NCBI GenBank assembly: GCA_963788195.1
Contig: CAWBGA010000005.1
Coordinates: 1 to 64,000, forward strand
DNA: 64,000 nt
Source of the DNA: Nitrospirota bacterium
GTDB taxonomy: Bacteria; Nitrospirota; Nitrospiria; Nitrospirales; NS-4
Direction: 5' to 3'
Shown here piece by piece: positions 34,519 to 45,753 of the stretch (the stretch's first letter is position 1; every line of letters begins with the position of its first letter). The notes beneath the pieces are model-generated. The model had not been told where the DNA came from, did no database searches, and was given only the letters and a program-made list of their open reading frames with translations. The translations under genes were made by a program, and so were the position numbers.

Positions 34519-37262
34519 TTGGTTCTCCACACCCTTTTTCGCTCGAATGTCATCGCTGCCGCCGTCGTGGGCGCCCTGGCGACGGCTTTGGCCTGGGGCA
34601 GTTCGATGCTTCCCATCGGAATGATTACCGCGCTCGAGCACGGTCCATATGATTACTGGATTCGGAACCGATCCGCTGTCCCTGTAAGTACTCACGTAGT
34701 CGTCATCGCGCGGGATCCGGCGAGCGAGAACCGGTTCGGGCGTGGCGCCTGGGACCGCGCGGTCCTTGGGCGGGCGATTATCGCGCTGCGCAATGCGGGC
34801 GCTGTTGTTCTGGGGCTCAATGTTTCCCTGAGCGAGCACAGTGCGCCCGCGCAAGGTGGAGCGGCAAGTGATGCGATGTTGTTGGAAGCGACCAAAACAT
34901 CTGGCATGGTCGTGTACCCGCTCGCGGTGCGACTCTCGGCGCAGCAAGGGCCGGCAGAGGAATCGGGGCGATCATTATGGGCCGTTGTTCCAGTCGACGG
35001 AATCTTGCCGTTGATTGCCCAACACGCCAAAAGGCTTGGCCATACCCTGTTGCTTCCTGACGCGGACGAAGTCACTCGCCGGGTTCCTCTGGCTGTTTGG
35101 TTCGGCGATGGGCAGCTTCCCGCGTTCGCTGTCGCGCTTGCGGAGGAATTTCTGCAGATTGGATCGGCGCAGGTGTCGATCACTCCGGGGAAGCATCTCA
35201 TCATGAGAAACGCCAAATTTCCGAGCGGCCCCGTAGGGCAGTTCCGTGTTCCCATCGATGAGCACGGCCAGCTTCTGGTGAGCTACGTGGCCGGCGATCA
35301 CCTGTTTCCTTCGGTGCCGTTTTTGGATGTGTGGGCGGCCATTGAGGGTGGAGATGCTGAGAAGCTGCGTCAATGGTTCGGCGGCAAAATCGTCCTGCTG
35401 CTGACGTCTCCGCCGTCTGTCGCCGTCCTTGACCCCTTTGGGACCCGTCAGCCCTGAGGCGCTCCAAACAAATTTACTCAACAGTATCCTCACACAGAAT
35501 TGGACCGTGCAATCGCACCCGATGTGGCGAATCCTCGGCGGTTTGGCGCTTGCAGGCTTTGGGACGTGGTTTTTGTTGACGCTCGGCGGGTGGCAAGGGA
35601 TCGTTGCAGCGGCCATGCTCCTGTGCGGATATATTGGCGTGGTGTTCATAGCCCTCGCCGGCGGCGGGATTCTCTTACCAGTGTTCATTCCTGTTACCGC
35701 CCTCCTGCTGGCCTCCGCAATCGCCATGTTATGGCTGCATCTCTCCGCCGGGCGCCGGGTCACAGTGCTGGAAGGACGCATCGCAGAAGGTCCAGCACGA
35801 ACTGGTGACCGTGCGGCAGGCGCTGATCTCGCAGGAATCCAGCGTCGAAGTCTTGGAAGAAGATCTAGAGGCTGCCCGCCTGGCAGTGGCACGCTCGACG
35901 GGCAAGGAGCAGGAGATGGCTTCAGCTGCGCAGGCCTTACAGATACAACTGGCGCAAGCAAAAACCGAGGAAGAAAGTAGCCGGCAGAGACTTTTTCAAC
36001 TTGAGAGCGAGCTGCGAGGGCTTCGGGCCTCCTCCACGCAGCCGTCACGGATTGCAGACACGGAGCTTGAACGGCTCCGTCAGGAATGCGAGGAGATGGG
36101 CATCATCACCCGCGATCCCGCGATCCTGGCGATGTTTCGTGAGACCAAGAAGACTTCGCGTTCCACGCTTGCAGTTCTGATCCTGGGAGAGCCGGGGACC
36201 GGGAAGGAGCTTTTTGCACGGGCGATCCACAGGCTCAGCCCGCGCGCTCATCAGCCCTTTGTCTCGGTGAACATGGCGGCTATTTCCCCGCATCTCTTTG
36301 AGAGTGAACTCTTTGGGCACGTCAGAGGAAGCTTCACGGGTGCTATCGGGGACCGCAAAGGGTATTTCGAGCAGGCCCATCAAGGCACGATCTTCCTCGA
36401 TGAGATTGGTGACCTCGCGATGGAGCATCAGGGCAAATTGTTGCGCGTCCTTCAGGAGAAGACGTTTTACCGCGTCGGAGCGACCAGAGCGACGACGGTG
36501 GATGTGCGGATCGTCGCTGCGACGAATAGGGATCTTGAGCGGGGAGTCCTGGAGGGCTGGTTTCGCGAAGATCTGTATTTTCGGCTCAAGGGAATTGTCC
36601 TGAGATTGCCGCCTCTGCGGGAGCGCGCGCAAGACGTGGCGCTCCTGGCGGAGCGTTGTCTCGCAGCTGCCGCTGCGCAGAACGGAAGAGATGAGCTTGC
36701 CCTTTCCGGCGATGCGCTCCTGACGCTTCAAGCGCACCCTTGGAAGGGCAATGTCCGCGAGCTCGAACAGTGCATGCAGCAGGCCGCGGTTCTCGCCGAA
36801 GGCAAGGTGATCATGAAGGAGGATTTGCGATTGGCGACTCCTCAGACGCAGACCGCGCGGAGCCTGCCCACTCCATTCTCCACCGCCGATCCTGGGAGCG
36901 ACCAGGCGGTTCTGACGTGCCTTCGCGAAGAGCAGTTTGATATGCAGGCAACGGCTCGCGCTTTGGGATGGGATCGCAGTACTGTCACGCAGCGGCTCAA
37001 GGGAATGGGTTTCCGCGCCTTGGTGGAGTCAGGCGGCGATCGTGCAAAGGCCGCCATGATCCTTGCCGGCAACCAGGAGCTTGTCCATACCGTTGAATTG
37101 AAGTTAGCGGAGTATTACGAGCATCTCATCAAGACGATTGAGGACTTTGGCTCGGCGGACGAAGCAGTGGCGGCCTGCAAAAAACGGTACAAGAACCTTC
37201 CCGATCGCCATTTCCGTTCCATGGAGACATTGATCCGGCAGTTCTATCAGCGGCGTTTCTGA
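34519..37262 (+). CDS. CHASE2 sensor + TM + coiled-coil + sigma54-dependent AAA+ activator (frameshifts near 35440 and 35790)
   Basis: CHASE2-like W.RA..G.AI..L..AGA..LG and D.D.V.RRVPL, three TM helices, then [45 protein letters not shown] and an HTH. Confidence 0.82.
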
Positions 37263-37271
37263 TTCTGTCTG

Positions 37272-37355
37272 AAAAAGGGACAGGCTACTTTTTCAGTTAT
37301 TCGTGCCGCAGCCCAAAGACTCCTTCATTCCGAAAAAGTTGCCTGTCCCCCTTTT
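37272..37355. repeat. REP-like inverted repeat pair
   Basis: AAAAAGGGACAGGCTACTTTTTC (37272-37294) versus GAAAAAGTTGCCTGTCCCCCTTTT (37332-37355). Confidence 0.8.
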
Positions 37356-37935
37356 ATGAGCGTGGGCTCGCTACTCCGTGATTCGCAACCCAGCCCGCTC
37401 GAAGGTGGCTTGCGGCTTGAATAATCATCCAACTTGCGCGACGGCTGCCGCTCGAAGGTGCTCGCTTCGCGAAGCCTGGGCTCAATGAGACCCATCGCGA
37501 GCCGCAGAACAAGGAAGATAACAAACTCGACCAGCGACGGCGGTGCCATGTAACGCTGCCAATTCCGAGTGCGAGAATCGAGAGGCCATCGACAGTTGTG
37601 CGTACAGGTTGTCGCGAACCGGGCCATCGAAACAACGATGATTCTCGGAGGCACTTGCTCCGAGGCGATCGATCGTTCAAGGAGGCAGCTCCAAAAGTGT
37701 CCGTATCGGGTTGCGAACGACGCCGCGCATTCCTCAGCGACACTGCGCACGATGGGATGTCTTGATCCGAGCAGGGGCCACAGCGGATCGTCGGGGGGGG
37801 GAGGGAGCAGTTCAAACTCAATCGCGCTCTGTTGAGTGTTGAGTTGCAAGAGCAGGAAGCTGGTGACGATTTTGTTCAGATCTCCCACGGGCCCGAAGAT
37901 CACACCAACTCGATGTCTGGCAATCGCTTTCACGT
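37325..37935 (-). CDS. Hypothetical protein; possible cassette gene, probably frameshifted or truncated
   Basis: ORF directly downstream of the duplicated leader, running into the REP-like repeat. Confidence 0.45.
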
Positions 37936-37980
37936 GCCCGCCTTCTTCAGGATGTATCCTCGTGTGTCCAACTATTGAGT

Positions 37981-38090
37981 AGACTGATCGGCCTATCCCC
38001 ACCGATCAGTTTTGGGAGGACCCGGAAATCCGTAAATCCTACAAGCTTTTTCCGCACCTAGCAAGAAACCTTCATCTCTAGCGCATGGCA
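37981..38090. repeat. Copy A of a ~110-bp direct repeat (putative attI/promoter-like leader)
   Basis: AGACTGATCGGCCTATCCCCACCGATCAGT...AAATCCTACAAGCTTTTTCCGCACCTAGCAAGAAA...GCATGGCA, nearly identical to 39951-40061. Confidence 0.9.
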
Positions 38091-38258
38091 AACATTGCTA
38101 CGTCTTGTCAGCCTATTCGTTTGCCCATCGGAACGCCATTCTGACCCTGACTGGGTGTCCGCGAAAGCGGGTACCTCAGATTTCTTTGCCATTACACCCG
38201 CCCCGGCTGCCAAGGCAGCGCCATGTCCCGTGGCCTGGAGTTTGGGTCAAAATGAAGC

Positions 38259-39305
38259 CTAGAAGGCTCCAGTCTCCGGTCCCTCTGGCCACGCTGAAGG
38301 ATTGGGCACGCAGGCGGGACTTCCGTCCCTTTCTAGGAGCGCGCAGGCAAATGTACCGAGTTCGACTCCCAAGTGTTCGGCGGCAGCCGTTGCTCCAGCA
38401 TCAACAAGATTGGCGGCAAGTACAAAGGCGCGAAAGCTCTCCCAGTCTTCGCTCAACTGAGCAACCATCATGCGCGCCAGGTCGTAGGAAAGGATGTTTC
38501 CGTCATCGTTCCGAAGGAACGATTTGCCTGACCAGAACTCCTGAATCTCAGGGTCTCCCCAGAACCGCAGATGCTTCTCGTCCATTTCGTGAGGTGTGAA
38601 CGTTGGTGGAGAGGGCCGGCTCAGACTGTCTTCGGTGTTGACGGCAAGCCCCTCGTTAAGCCAGGCAGGAAGAGGAAGGTGGCTGACACAACTGTGGGTT
38701 AGCTCATGTACAATGACGGGCTCGATGACGTTAAGATCATCCTTGACGGTTACGAAGTGACCGCAGCCAATGTTGATATACATGCCGCTACTCCCCGCAA
38801 ACTCGCCATCCTCTGGGTAGTAGTGGGACACGTACCTATAGTAGGCATCGCCGTCGTCGAAGACGACAAGGATGTCTTTGCCCCACTCCTGGTTTTGTGC
38901 GACGCCATCAAGCAGGCGAATGATTCGCTGCAACGTGTCGCCCATGAAGCCAAGCGTCGCTTCCGCAACATTTGGTTCAAGCGTTGACAGGATAACTGCA
39001 TCCCCTTCCTCCATCAGGCGATAGGCTGGCCCAAGTGCAACGGCTAAGTACTCTAGCCAGGCGCGCTCACAATTTGCCCACGCTCTGGCTTGAACCTCGG
39101 GGTCGATCATCTCGACCCACTGCTGAACTGCGTTCCAATCCAGGAATGGAAACCCGTTGCTGTTCGAAAGATGGGAGGAGATCGAGAACGTTGCGGCGCC
39201 AGTAACGGCAACTTCTGTCGCGGGTTCTACTACCCGAGGCCCTGCATCGTCGGGTTTCGGATGCCGTTTGTCTCCAGAGAGTAGTGATCGTAAGAGTTCG
39301 AACAC
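38259..39305 (-). CDS. Hypothetical protein with zinc-peptidase-like motif (cassette gene)
   Basis: HELTH...P.WLNEGLA motif (peptidase MA-like); starts just after the attC GTTAGCT core. Confidence 0.7.
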   Translation of the reverse strand: MFELLRSLLSGDKRHPKPDDAGPRVVEPATEVAVTGAATFSISSHLSNSNGFPFLDWNAVQQWVEMIDPEVQARAWANCERAWLEYLAVALGPAYRLMEEGDAVILSTLEPNVAEATLGFMGDTLQRIIRLLDGVAQNQEWGKDILVVFDDGDAYYRYVSHYYPEDGEFAGSSGMYINIGCGHFVTVKDDLNVIEPVIVHELTHSCVSHLPLPAWLNEGLAVNTEDSLSRPSPPTFTPHEMDEKHLRFWGDPEIQEFWSGKSFLRNDDGNILSYDLARMMVAQLSEDWESFRAFVLAANLVDAGATAAAEHLGVELGTFACALLERDGSPACVPNPSAWPEGPETGAF

Positions 39306-39331
39306 ACGCTACTCGGTAAAGGGCGACTGCC

Positions 39332-39421
39332 AGCTAACGGCGCGCGCGTGAGCCGCCGCCGCAGGTACGCGCGCCATTGGCAACAGCGCCCATGCCGGTC
39401 GGCTCAACGCGTGTGTTAGGC
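39332..39421 (-). mobile_element. Integron attC recombination site
   Basis: Minus strand reads R'' GCCTAAC, then GCGT(T)GAGCCG(A)CC pairing with GGCGGCTCACGC with two extrahelical bases, then R' GTTAG(CT). 90 bp, between co-oriented genes. Confidence 0.85.
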
Positions 39422-39448
39422 GTAAGACAGTTCCTCATGGTCAGCTCA

Positions 39449-39910
39449 TTAGCCTGTCCTAGACGCAAGACTAGATCGCAGCGCTTTGAGGATGCCGACG
39501 ATTTGATGAGCCTTCTCGGGACCCGAGAGCCCTTGCTTGAACGCATCACGGACTATCAAATCAATTTGGCGCTCGGCGAAGGACATCGGATAGCCAGAAG
39601 CTCGATCATCCTTTGGAAGGTCCAGATAGTGGACGAACGTGTGAGCACGGGTAATGTATGTCGCCACTTCCTGGGCGTTCGGTTTGCTCATTTTCTCGCC
39701 CAGTTCTACCAGATGGTCCAACTGCTGAAGTGCCTCAGAGCGCAAAAGAGTCCCGACGATGTCCGATCTGAGAACGTAGCTGCCCTTCTTGACTACCTCG
39801 TGTGCGCCCACGGATAGAATTGCACGATACGCGCCGAAGCCGGCAATGAAGCCGGTGGCCACTGCGCTTAGAGCCCAGAACAGCGGATCATTTTGTATAG
39901 CCTGGGCCAT
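39449..39910 (-). CDS. Hypothetical membrane-anchored protein (cassette gene)
   Basis: ATG 39910 lies 16 nt after a GTTAGCA core; N-terminal TM; followed by attC. Confidence 0.65.
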   Translation of the reverse strand: MAQAIQNDPLFWALSAVATGFIAGFGAYRAILSVGAHEVVKKGSYVLRSDIVGTLLRSEALQQLDHLVELGEKMSKPNAQEVATYITRAHTFVHYLDLPKDDRASGYPMSFAERQIDLIVRDAFKQGLSGPEKAHQIVGILKALRSSLASRTG

Positions 39911-39950
39911 AAAAGGCTTGCGTCGTGCTAACGTCCATCTAGGATGGAGC

Positions 39951-40061
39951 AGACTGATCGGCCTATCCCCACCAATCAGTTTGGGGAGTCCGGAAAATCC
40001 GGAAAATCCTACAAGCTTTTTCCGCACCTAGCAAGAAATTTTCAGTTCTCGGAGCATGGCA
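39951..40061. repeat. Copy B of the ~110-bp direct repeat (putative attI/promoter-like leader)
   Basis: Matches 37981-38090; contains a 9-bp dyad and tandem GGAAAATCC repeats. Confidence 0.9.
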
Positions 40062-40202
40062 GACTGGACTCCCTTCGCCCGTGCGGGGAGTTCCCCGCAT
40101 CCCCGCAGGGCGATCATCGCTTTCTAGAAAACCACGATCTTCTATCAACTGCAACCTGGCAGTTTTCCAGATAAATCTCATTCTGTCAGGTCCTGCCGTT
40201 TG

Positions 40203-40217
40203 TGGCCTCCTCCTTGC
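40203..40217 (+). promoter_or_regulatory. Sigma54 -24/-12 promoter
   Basis: TGGCCTCCTCCTTGC has TGGC and TTGC with exact GG-N10-GC spacing, ~110 nt upstream of the OmpA gene. Confidence 0.6.
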
Positions 40218-40324
40218 TCTATCAACACGATGTCGGCGCGCGGAAAGGAGGGGCGAAGCAGCACGGAATACAGCGCCAAGCGAGTCAGAACCGAAACGAA
40301 GATTTACTAACGCAAGGAGGGAAG

Positions 40325-41113
40325 ATGATGAACAGTCCGAACTCAACTCAAGCGGGGCCGCCCGCCAAAGCGCCCGTCCAGATAAGGCAGATCACGATGA
40401 AGGAGCTGGCACTTCTGATGGTCGCCATTTTCTTTACCGCGGGACTAGTGGGCGGCTACTGGGTTTATGTGCAGCAGAAAGAGAGCTATGCCAAAGGAAC
40501 GACAACAATCGACCTGTCCAAGAATCTCACGCCGCCGAACCCGCAGCCCGTCATAGGTGGTCAAAACCAGGTGGCCCCCGGGGTGTTGACTGCAGCGTCA
40601 CCGGTAACGTTAAAGAGCGCGGACTCCATGCATGCGGACATCTACTTTGACTTCGACCGCAGCCGGCTGCGCGCGGATGCCGTGGCCATTCTCCAGGAAA
40701 AAGCCGAGGTCTTAAAGGGTGACAACAACTGGGCGGTGTTAGTACAGGGCTATGCGGATCAGCATGGACCTGCTGAGTACAACCGGACATTGGCCTCGCG
40801 TCGTGCCGGAGCAGTCAAGCAATTTCTTGTCGAATTAGGCATCCCCGACACGTCCATAAAGGTCGTCACGCTGGGCCAAGAGGGATCGATTTGCGACGAT
40901 CAGAGTAAGGAATGCCAGCGGCACAACCGCCGGGTTCACCTTGAAATGATGAAGCTCGGCATGCGCGAATCAGCGCTCGTCCCCGCCTCGTCCACGTTTG
41001 TAACGCAACAGGAAAAAGACGGCGACTCGGCGCTCACAAAAGATCAGGACCTAACAGAGCACGACGAGAAGTCGGTGAGCGGAGAACCCGAGGTCTCTTC
41101 AGAGACACGGTAA
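40325..41113 (+). CDS. OmpA/Pal-like peptidoglycan-binding membrane protein (PdsO-like by context)
   Basis: IYFDFDRS.L, GYAD..G...YN..L..RRA.AV and NRRV motifs; N-terminal TM. Confidence 0.88.
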   Translation: MMNSPNSTQAGPPAKAPVQIRQITMKELALLMVAIFFTAGLVGGYWVYVQQKESYAKGTTTIDLSKNLTPPNPQPVIGGQNQVAPGVLTAASPVTLKSADSMHADIYFDFDRSRLRADAVAILQEKAEVLKGDNNWAVLVQGYADQHGPAEYNRTLASRRAGAVKQFLVELGIPDTSIKVVTLGQEGSICDDQSKECQRHNRRVHLEMMKLGMRESALVPASSTFVTQQEKDGDSALTKDQDLTEHDEKSVSGEPEVSSETR

Positions 41114-41190
41114 GTACACACGCCCGGGCTGCGGCGAGACCGCAGCCCGTTGCGTTGCCACCTATGCCGAACACAACAAAGGAGCACATC

Positions 41191-43268
41191 ATGGTTTTGA
41201 ACGCGAGGGGAGTTATCACTGTGCGGGTTGTGATGCTCCTGATTATTTTGGCCGCGTCGGCCATGCTGATCGTTACGACTCCGGGTTTTGCCGGAGAGTT
41301 CAGTCCGGCCACCGGAATGCGCCCGAGCGAAGCGACCCAAGGCACCCTGCTCTTTCGGAGCGAGCAGGGGGTCAACATGGCCGTTCCGGCGCTCACCACT
41401 GACGTTCGGATGAAAGTCACGGGGCCGATCGTGCGCGCCACGGTCCGTCAACAGTTCCAGAACCCCAGTTCTGCATGGGCGGAAGGCATTTACGTCTTCC
41501 CTCTTCCCGAAGATGCCGCAGTCGATCATTTGCGGATGAGGATCGGAGAACGAATCATCGAAGGCATGATCAAGGAGAGGGCTGAAGCGAAGAAGACCTA
41601 CGAGGCGGCGAAAGCCGAGGGCAAGCGCGCGAGCCTGGTGGAACAGGAGCGGCCGAATATCTTTACTACTTCTGTCGCCAACATCGGCCCGAATGAGACG
41701 ATCATCGTTGAGATTGAGTACCAGCAACTGCTCCACTACGATCAGAAACAGTTCCGACTGCGATTTCCAATGGTCGTGGGGCCGCGGTACATCCCGGGAC
41801 ACCCCTACAATTTCAAAAAAGGCCATGGCTGGGCCCCGACACTGATGCGGTCCCGGATGCCTCCCGCATCACGCCGCCTGTTGAGCATCCAAGCAAGGGC
41901 ACTATCAATCCCGTTACGTTGACGATTGACTTCGCGCCTGGATTCCCGCTGGCGCGCTTGGAATCGCCTTATCACAAAATCAAGGTCAGTCCCTATCAAG
42001 ACGGCCGCTACACACTCACTCTCGAGGACGGGTCGGTGCCCGCAAATCGCGACTTCGAACTGATGTGGCAGCCGGCCAACGGCAAAGCCCCTGAGGCCGC
42101 GCTATTTAGCGAACAGAAGGATGGAGAGACCTTCGCGTTGTTCATGGTGATGCCCCCGGCACCCTCGGCTCTCGAGGAACACCGCCTCCCACGCGAAACC
42201 ATTTTCGTGGTTGATACCTCCGGGTCCATGGCCGGGGCGTCAATCGAGCAGGCGAAAGCCGCTCTTCGTCTGGCGGTGCTGCGTCTGAGAGCGGAAGACA
42301 GCTTTAACATCATCCAGTTCAACAGCATCATGCACGCCTTGTTCTCCGGGGCCGTGCCCGGCACCAAGGAGAATCTGGACAAGGCGGTCCGCTATGTCAG
42401 CGGCCTGCAGGCGCAGGGCGGGACCGAAATGTTGCCGGCGTTGCAGCGCGCGCTCGACGGAGCAGAGAATCGCGGTCGCCTGAGGCAAGTCATCTTTCTC
42501 ACCGACGGCGCGGTAGGAAACGAAGATCAATTATTCACGGTTATTGGGCAGCGCCTCGGCGACAGCCGATTGTTCACGATCGGCATCGGATCGGCGCCGA
42601 ACAGCCATTTCATGCGCAAGGCCGCGGAGTTCGGCCGAGGAAGCTTTACCTATATCGGCAGTACCACTGAGGTGCAGGAAAAGATGGGCGCGCTGTTTCG
42701 AAAGTTAGAGCATCCGGCTCTCACCGACATCAGCATGGAGATGTCCGGCTCGGCCGGGGTCGAAATCCTGCCTGAACGGATTCCGGATCTGTACCTTGGC
42801 GAACCATTAATTGTGAGCATCAGAGCAAGCAGGTTGCCCGAGCACATCCGTTTTCGGGGTCGTTTTGGCGGCACGGCCTGGGAAGGCACACTTCCAACCG
42901 CGGAAGGAGAAAATCGGGAAGGACTCTCGGTCTATTGGGCGCGGCAGAAGATCGGCTCCTTGATGGACAAGCAAGTGAACGGCACTGAGAACACAGAGAT
43001 CCGCCAAGCGATTGTCGACATCGCCGTGAAGCACCATCTGGTCAGCCGATACACAAGTCTCATCGCCGTTGATATTACGCCGGCCCGGCCGGCCGACAAG
43101 GACCTGAAGACGCATGCAATGAAAACCAACCTGCCTGAGGGTTGGGACTACACAGCGGTCTTTGGGTTGCCTCAGACTGCGACTAACGCTCAGCTTCAGA
43201 TCATGATGGGACTCCTAGCCTTGCTCCTGGCCGCCATGCTTTATCGACGTCCATGGCATCGGGCATGA
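41191..43268 (+). CDS. VIT + vWA domain sortase target protein (frameshift near 41820)
   Basis: EGIYVFPLP (VIT), DTSGSM / FLTDG (vWA MIDAS), and C-terminal LPQTA + TM + basic tail. Confidence 0.9.
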
Positions 43269-43831
43269 AGCGATCCCACGTCGTCGTTCTTGCGGCCATC
43301 CTCATGGGATTGGGGGTCTGGCAATTGGGACATGGTGTGTGGATTTATGCGAAGGCTGAGCTCGCTCAATACCTTCTGGGGCGGGCCTGGGAACGAACGC
43401 TTGAAGGGGAAGCTACCGCGAAACCGTGGCCGTGGGCAGACACTTGGCCCCTGGGAAGACTGCAAATGCCGAAATACGGGGTCGACCTGATTCTGCTGGC
43501 AGGCGCCAGCGGCAGGACCTTGGCCTTTGGCCCTGGGCATGTTTCCTCCAGCCCCTTGCCGGGGGAAAGGGGTACTACGATTCTTAGCGGGCATCGGGAC
43601 ACGCATTTCCGTTTTCTGGTGCGCGTGGAAAAAGGCGATGAAGTTTTTGTAGAGGGGCCGGGGAAGGGACGTTATCGGTATCGGGTGACCCGCACAGACA
43701 TTGTGGATGCACGAAAGACCACGATTGCGACTAGCGACGAGGCCACATTAGTGCTGGTCACCTGTTACCCGTTTGACACCCTCATCCCGGGCGGCCCGAT
43801 GCGCTACATTGTGACTGCAGAGGGCTGGTGA
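43253..43831 (+). CDS. Class GN sortase
   Basis: KA.LAQ.LL.RAW, PWPWADTWP, GHRDTHF and LVTCYPF motifs. Confidence 0.92.
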   Translation: MASGMKRSHVVVLAAILMGLGVWQLGHGVWIYAKAELAQYLLGRAWERTLEGEATAKPWPWADTWPLGRLQMPKYGVDLILLAGASGRTLAFGPGHVSSSPLPGERGTTILSGHRDTHFRFLVRVEKGDEVFVEGPGKGRYRYRVTRTDIVDARKTTIATSDEATLVLVTCYPFDTLIPGGPMRYIVTAEGW

Positions 43832-43833
43832 AA

Positions 43834-44373
43834 CTATGGCAGGACGGGTAGGATCTTGCCGGTGTGGAGACGAAAGCCGTCGACCTGGAGATCCTCGACG
43901 TAATGCTCGAGTGTTTGATGAATGACGCGAAAGGCCAGGGTCTTCCAGGGAATATCTTCCGGCCGGAACAACTGGACCTCCAGGCTTTCATGGCCTGCCT
44001 TGAAATCCAACGTGCGCAAAGAAGCCCGGAAAATTATATAGACCTGACTGATGTGCGGAATACTGAACACTGTATAAAGCGCAGTCAGCTCCACGTCAGC
44101 TTCAGCTTCCTCGCGCGTTTCCCGAATCGCCGCCTGCTCGACGGTTTCTCCGTTTTCCATAAAGCCCGCCGGTAGCGTCCACAGGCCGTACTTAGGCTCA
44201 ATCGCCCTGCGGCAGAGGAGAATGCGATCGTCCCATTCGGGAATGCATCCGGCCACAATGCGGGGATTTTGGTAGTGGATGCTCTGGCAAATATCACAGA
44301 CGTGGCGAGGGAATGTATCACCCACAGGAATTTTAAACGCAACCTTTGCCCCGCAGTGGCTACAATAATTCAT
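43834..44373 (-). CDS. NUDIX hydrolase with N-terminal zinc ribbon
   Basis: YCSHCG...CDIC, YQNP and the Nudix box GFMENGET..QAAIRETREE. Confidence 0.93.
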   Translation of the reverse strand: MNYCSHCGAKVAFKIPVGDTFPRHVCDICQSIHYQNPRIVAGCIPEWDDRILLCRRAIEPKYGLWTLPAGFMENGETVEQAAIRETREEAEADVELTALYTVFSIPHISQVYIIFRASLRTLDFKAGHESLEVQLFRPEDIPWKTLAFRVIHQTLEHYVEDLQVDGFRLHTGKILPVLP

Positions 44374-44553
44374 CGCGCAATTATGCCATAGGCAGCGCGT
44401 GGATTTCTTTAAAACACTTTGCGCTACGCAACTATTTGTGGTATGAAAACGGCAAAATACAATATTTAGGGGCTCCCATCTATATCTCAATAAAACACCC
44501 CAATTGAAACGTGGTCTCTCGGGGCGTATGTTGAGTTATCGTCTACTTGGTTT

Positions 44554-45753
44554 TTGGCCAAGCGAGAGGTGTCTATGATCGAAATAGAGCGCTGGTTGGA
44601 TGTTCTGAGTATTGCGGTGATCGTCGGCATTGTTGGCGTCCTTTTAAACTCTATGAGGCAACGCCGGGTGAGCACGCGATCGCTATCTGAAAAACCGGCT
44701 CTCTTTCTTGAATTCACTGGAAAGCAAGTGTCCGTACGTCGCAAAAAAAGCAAGATCCTTCCTTCAGAACGTGAGCAGGCCGAAGCACGCAATATGAGCG
44801 TGGGGAGTACTCTTGCCGGGTTCAAGGGCGCGTGCCTCGCGACGAGACGCGATTCACTTAGAATTTGGCGCGAAACCTTGCAACGCAGCAGTTCCCTGAT
44901 GACGGCGACAGCTCGCCAGACCAGCGTCACCGCAGCCCGCGTTGTCGTTGCCCTGAGAGCCAGCCTTGAGGTCGCAAACCGCGTGCGCGTTGGCAGCCTT
45001 CTGAAGCGCGGCCTTAGCGGTGTTCAGGAGCGCCTTACCTGGACCCCTCAGCGTTTCGCGTGGGCCCGCATCGCTCGCCTCGGGGGTCTCCGCAGGGAGT
45101 TACGTATTGGACATTCTTGTGAGCAGGCGGTGAAGCGTCTACGACAAGGCGCCACAGATGTTCTCTTATACGTTGATTATCGTTGGTATCGGCTGGAACG
45201 CTCCTTACAATCGCAAAGGCAACAGTTCGCAGCAGTCACGTCTCGCCTGGCGAAGACCCCGTTCAAAGAGTTGCACGTGGTGAGAGTGTTGATGATGAAC
45301 ACACAAAACGGCTTCGCGGCTCAGGAGCGCGTTCAGAACCGGTTGCGGGAAGCAAACAGCGTGATCCTTCAGCGATGGCAGGATCTGGCGGCCGGCTGTC
45401 GGGCCTTGCAAGACGCTGCGCGTGGCTACATCCGTCGCCTATCGGAGACCGAAAATCCAGAGCCGGCAGAACCCGAGTCAGTAAAATCACCGGGAGCCAG
45501 CTCCTCTGGGTTCGGCGAGTTGAGCGCTGCTGAACCCGTGGTCCTGAGTTTGACGAGTGCAGGGACCTTGAAGCTCAAGAGCCGCCTTGAGGACGAGAGG
45601 ACCTCGATGGCGCCCAGATCCGCTGGGTCCATGAGCGCGGCATCAAAAGGCGCGCCCGCGCTAGGCCAGGTCTCAGTGCGCTATGTAGGAGCGCTTCAGA
45701 GGCGCTACGGTGATCCCGGCGAAAGCAGACAGTCCAAGCAGGCGATCAAGTAA
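44554..45753 (+). CDS. Hypothetical protein with N-terminal TM
   Basis: 399-aa ORF with no recognisable motif. Confidence 0.5.
   Translation: MAKREVSMIEIERWLDVLSIAVIVGIVGVLLNSMRQRRVSTRSLSEKPALFLEFTGKQVSVRRKKSKILPSEREQAEARNMSVGSTLAGFKGACLATRRDSLRIWRETLQRSSSLMTATARQTSVTAARVVVALRASLEVANRVRVGSLLKRGLSGVQERLTWTPQRFAWARIARLGGLRRELRIGHSCEQAVKRLRQGATDVLLYVDYRWYRLERSLQSQRQQFAAVTSRLAKTPFKELHVVRVLMMNTQNGFAAQERVQNRLREANSVILQRWQDLAAGCRALQDAARGYIRRLSETENPEPAEPESVKSPGASSSGFGELSAAEPVVLSLTSAGTLKLKSRLEDERTSMAPRSAGSMSAASKGAPALGQVSVRYVGALQRRYGDPGESRQSKQAIK

Noticed and set aside
38140..38258. Second attC downstream of gene 38259-39305
   Set aside because: No RYYYAAC / GTTRRRY pair with a matching stem was found.
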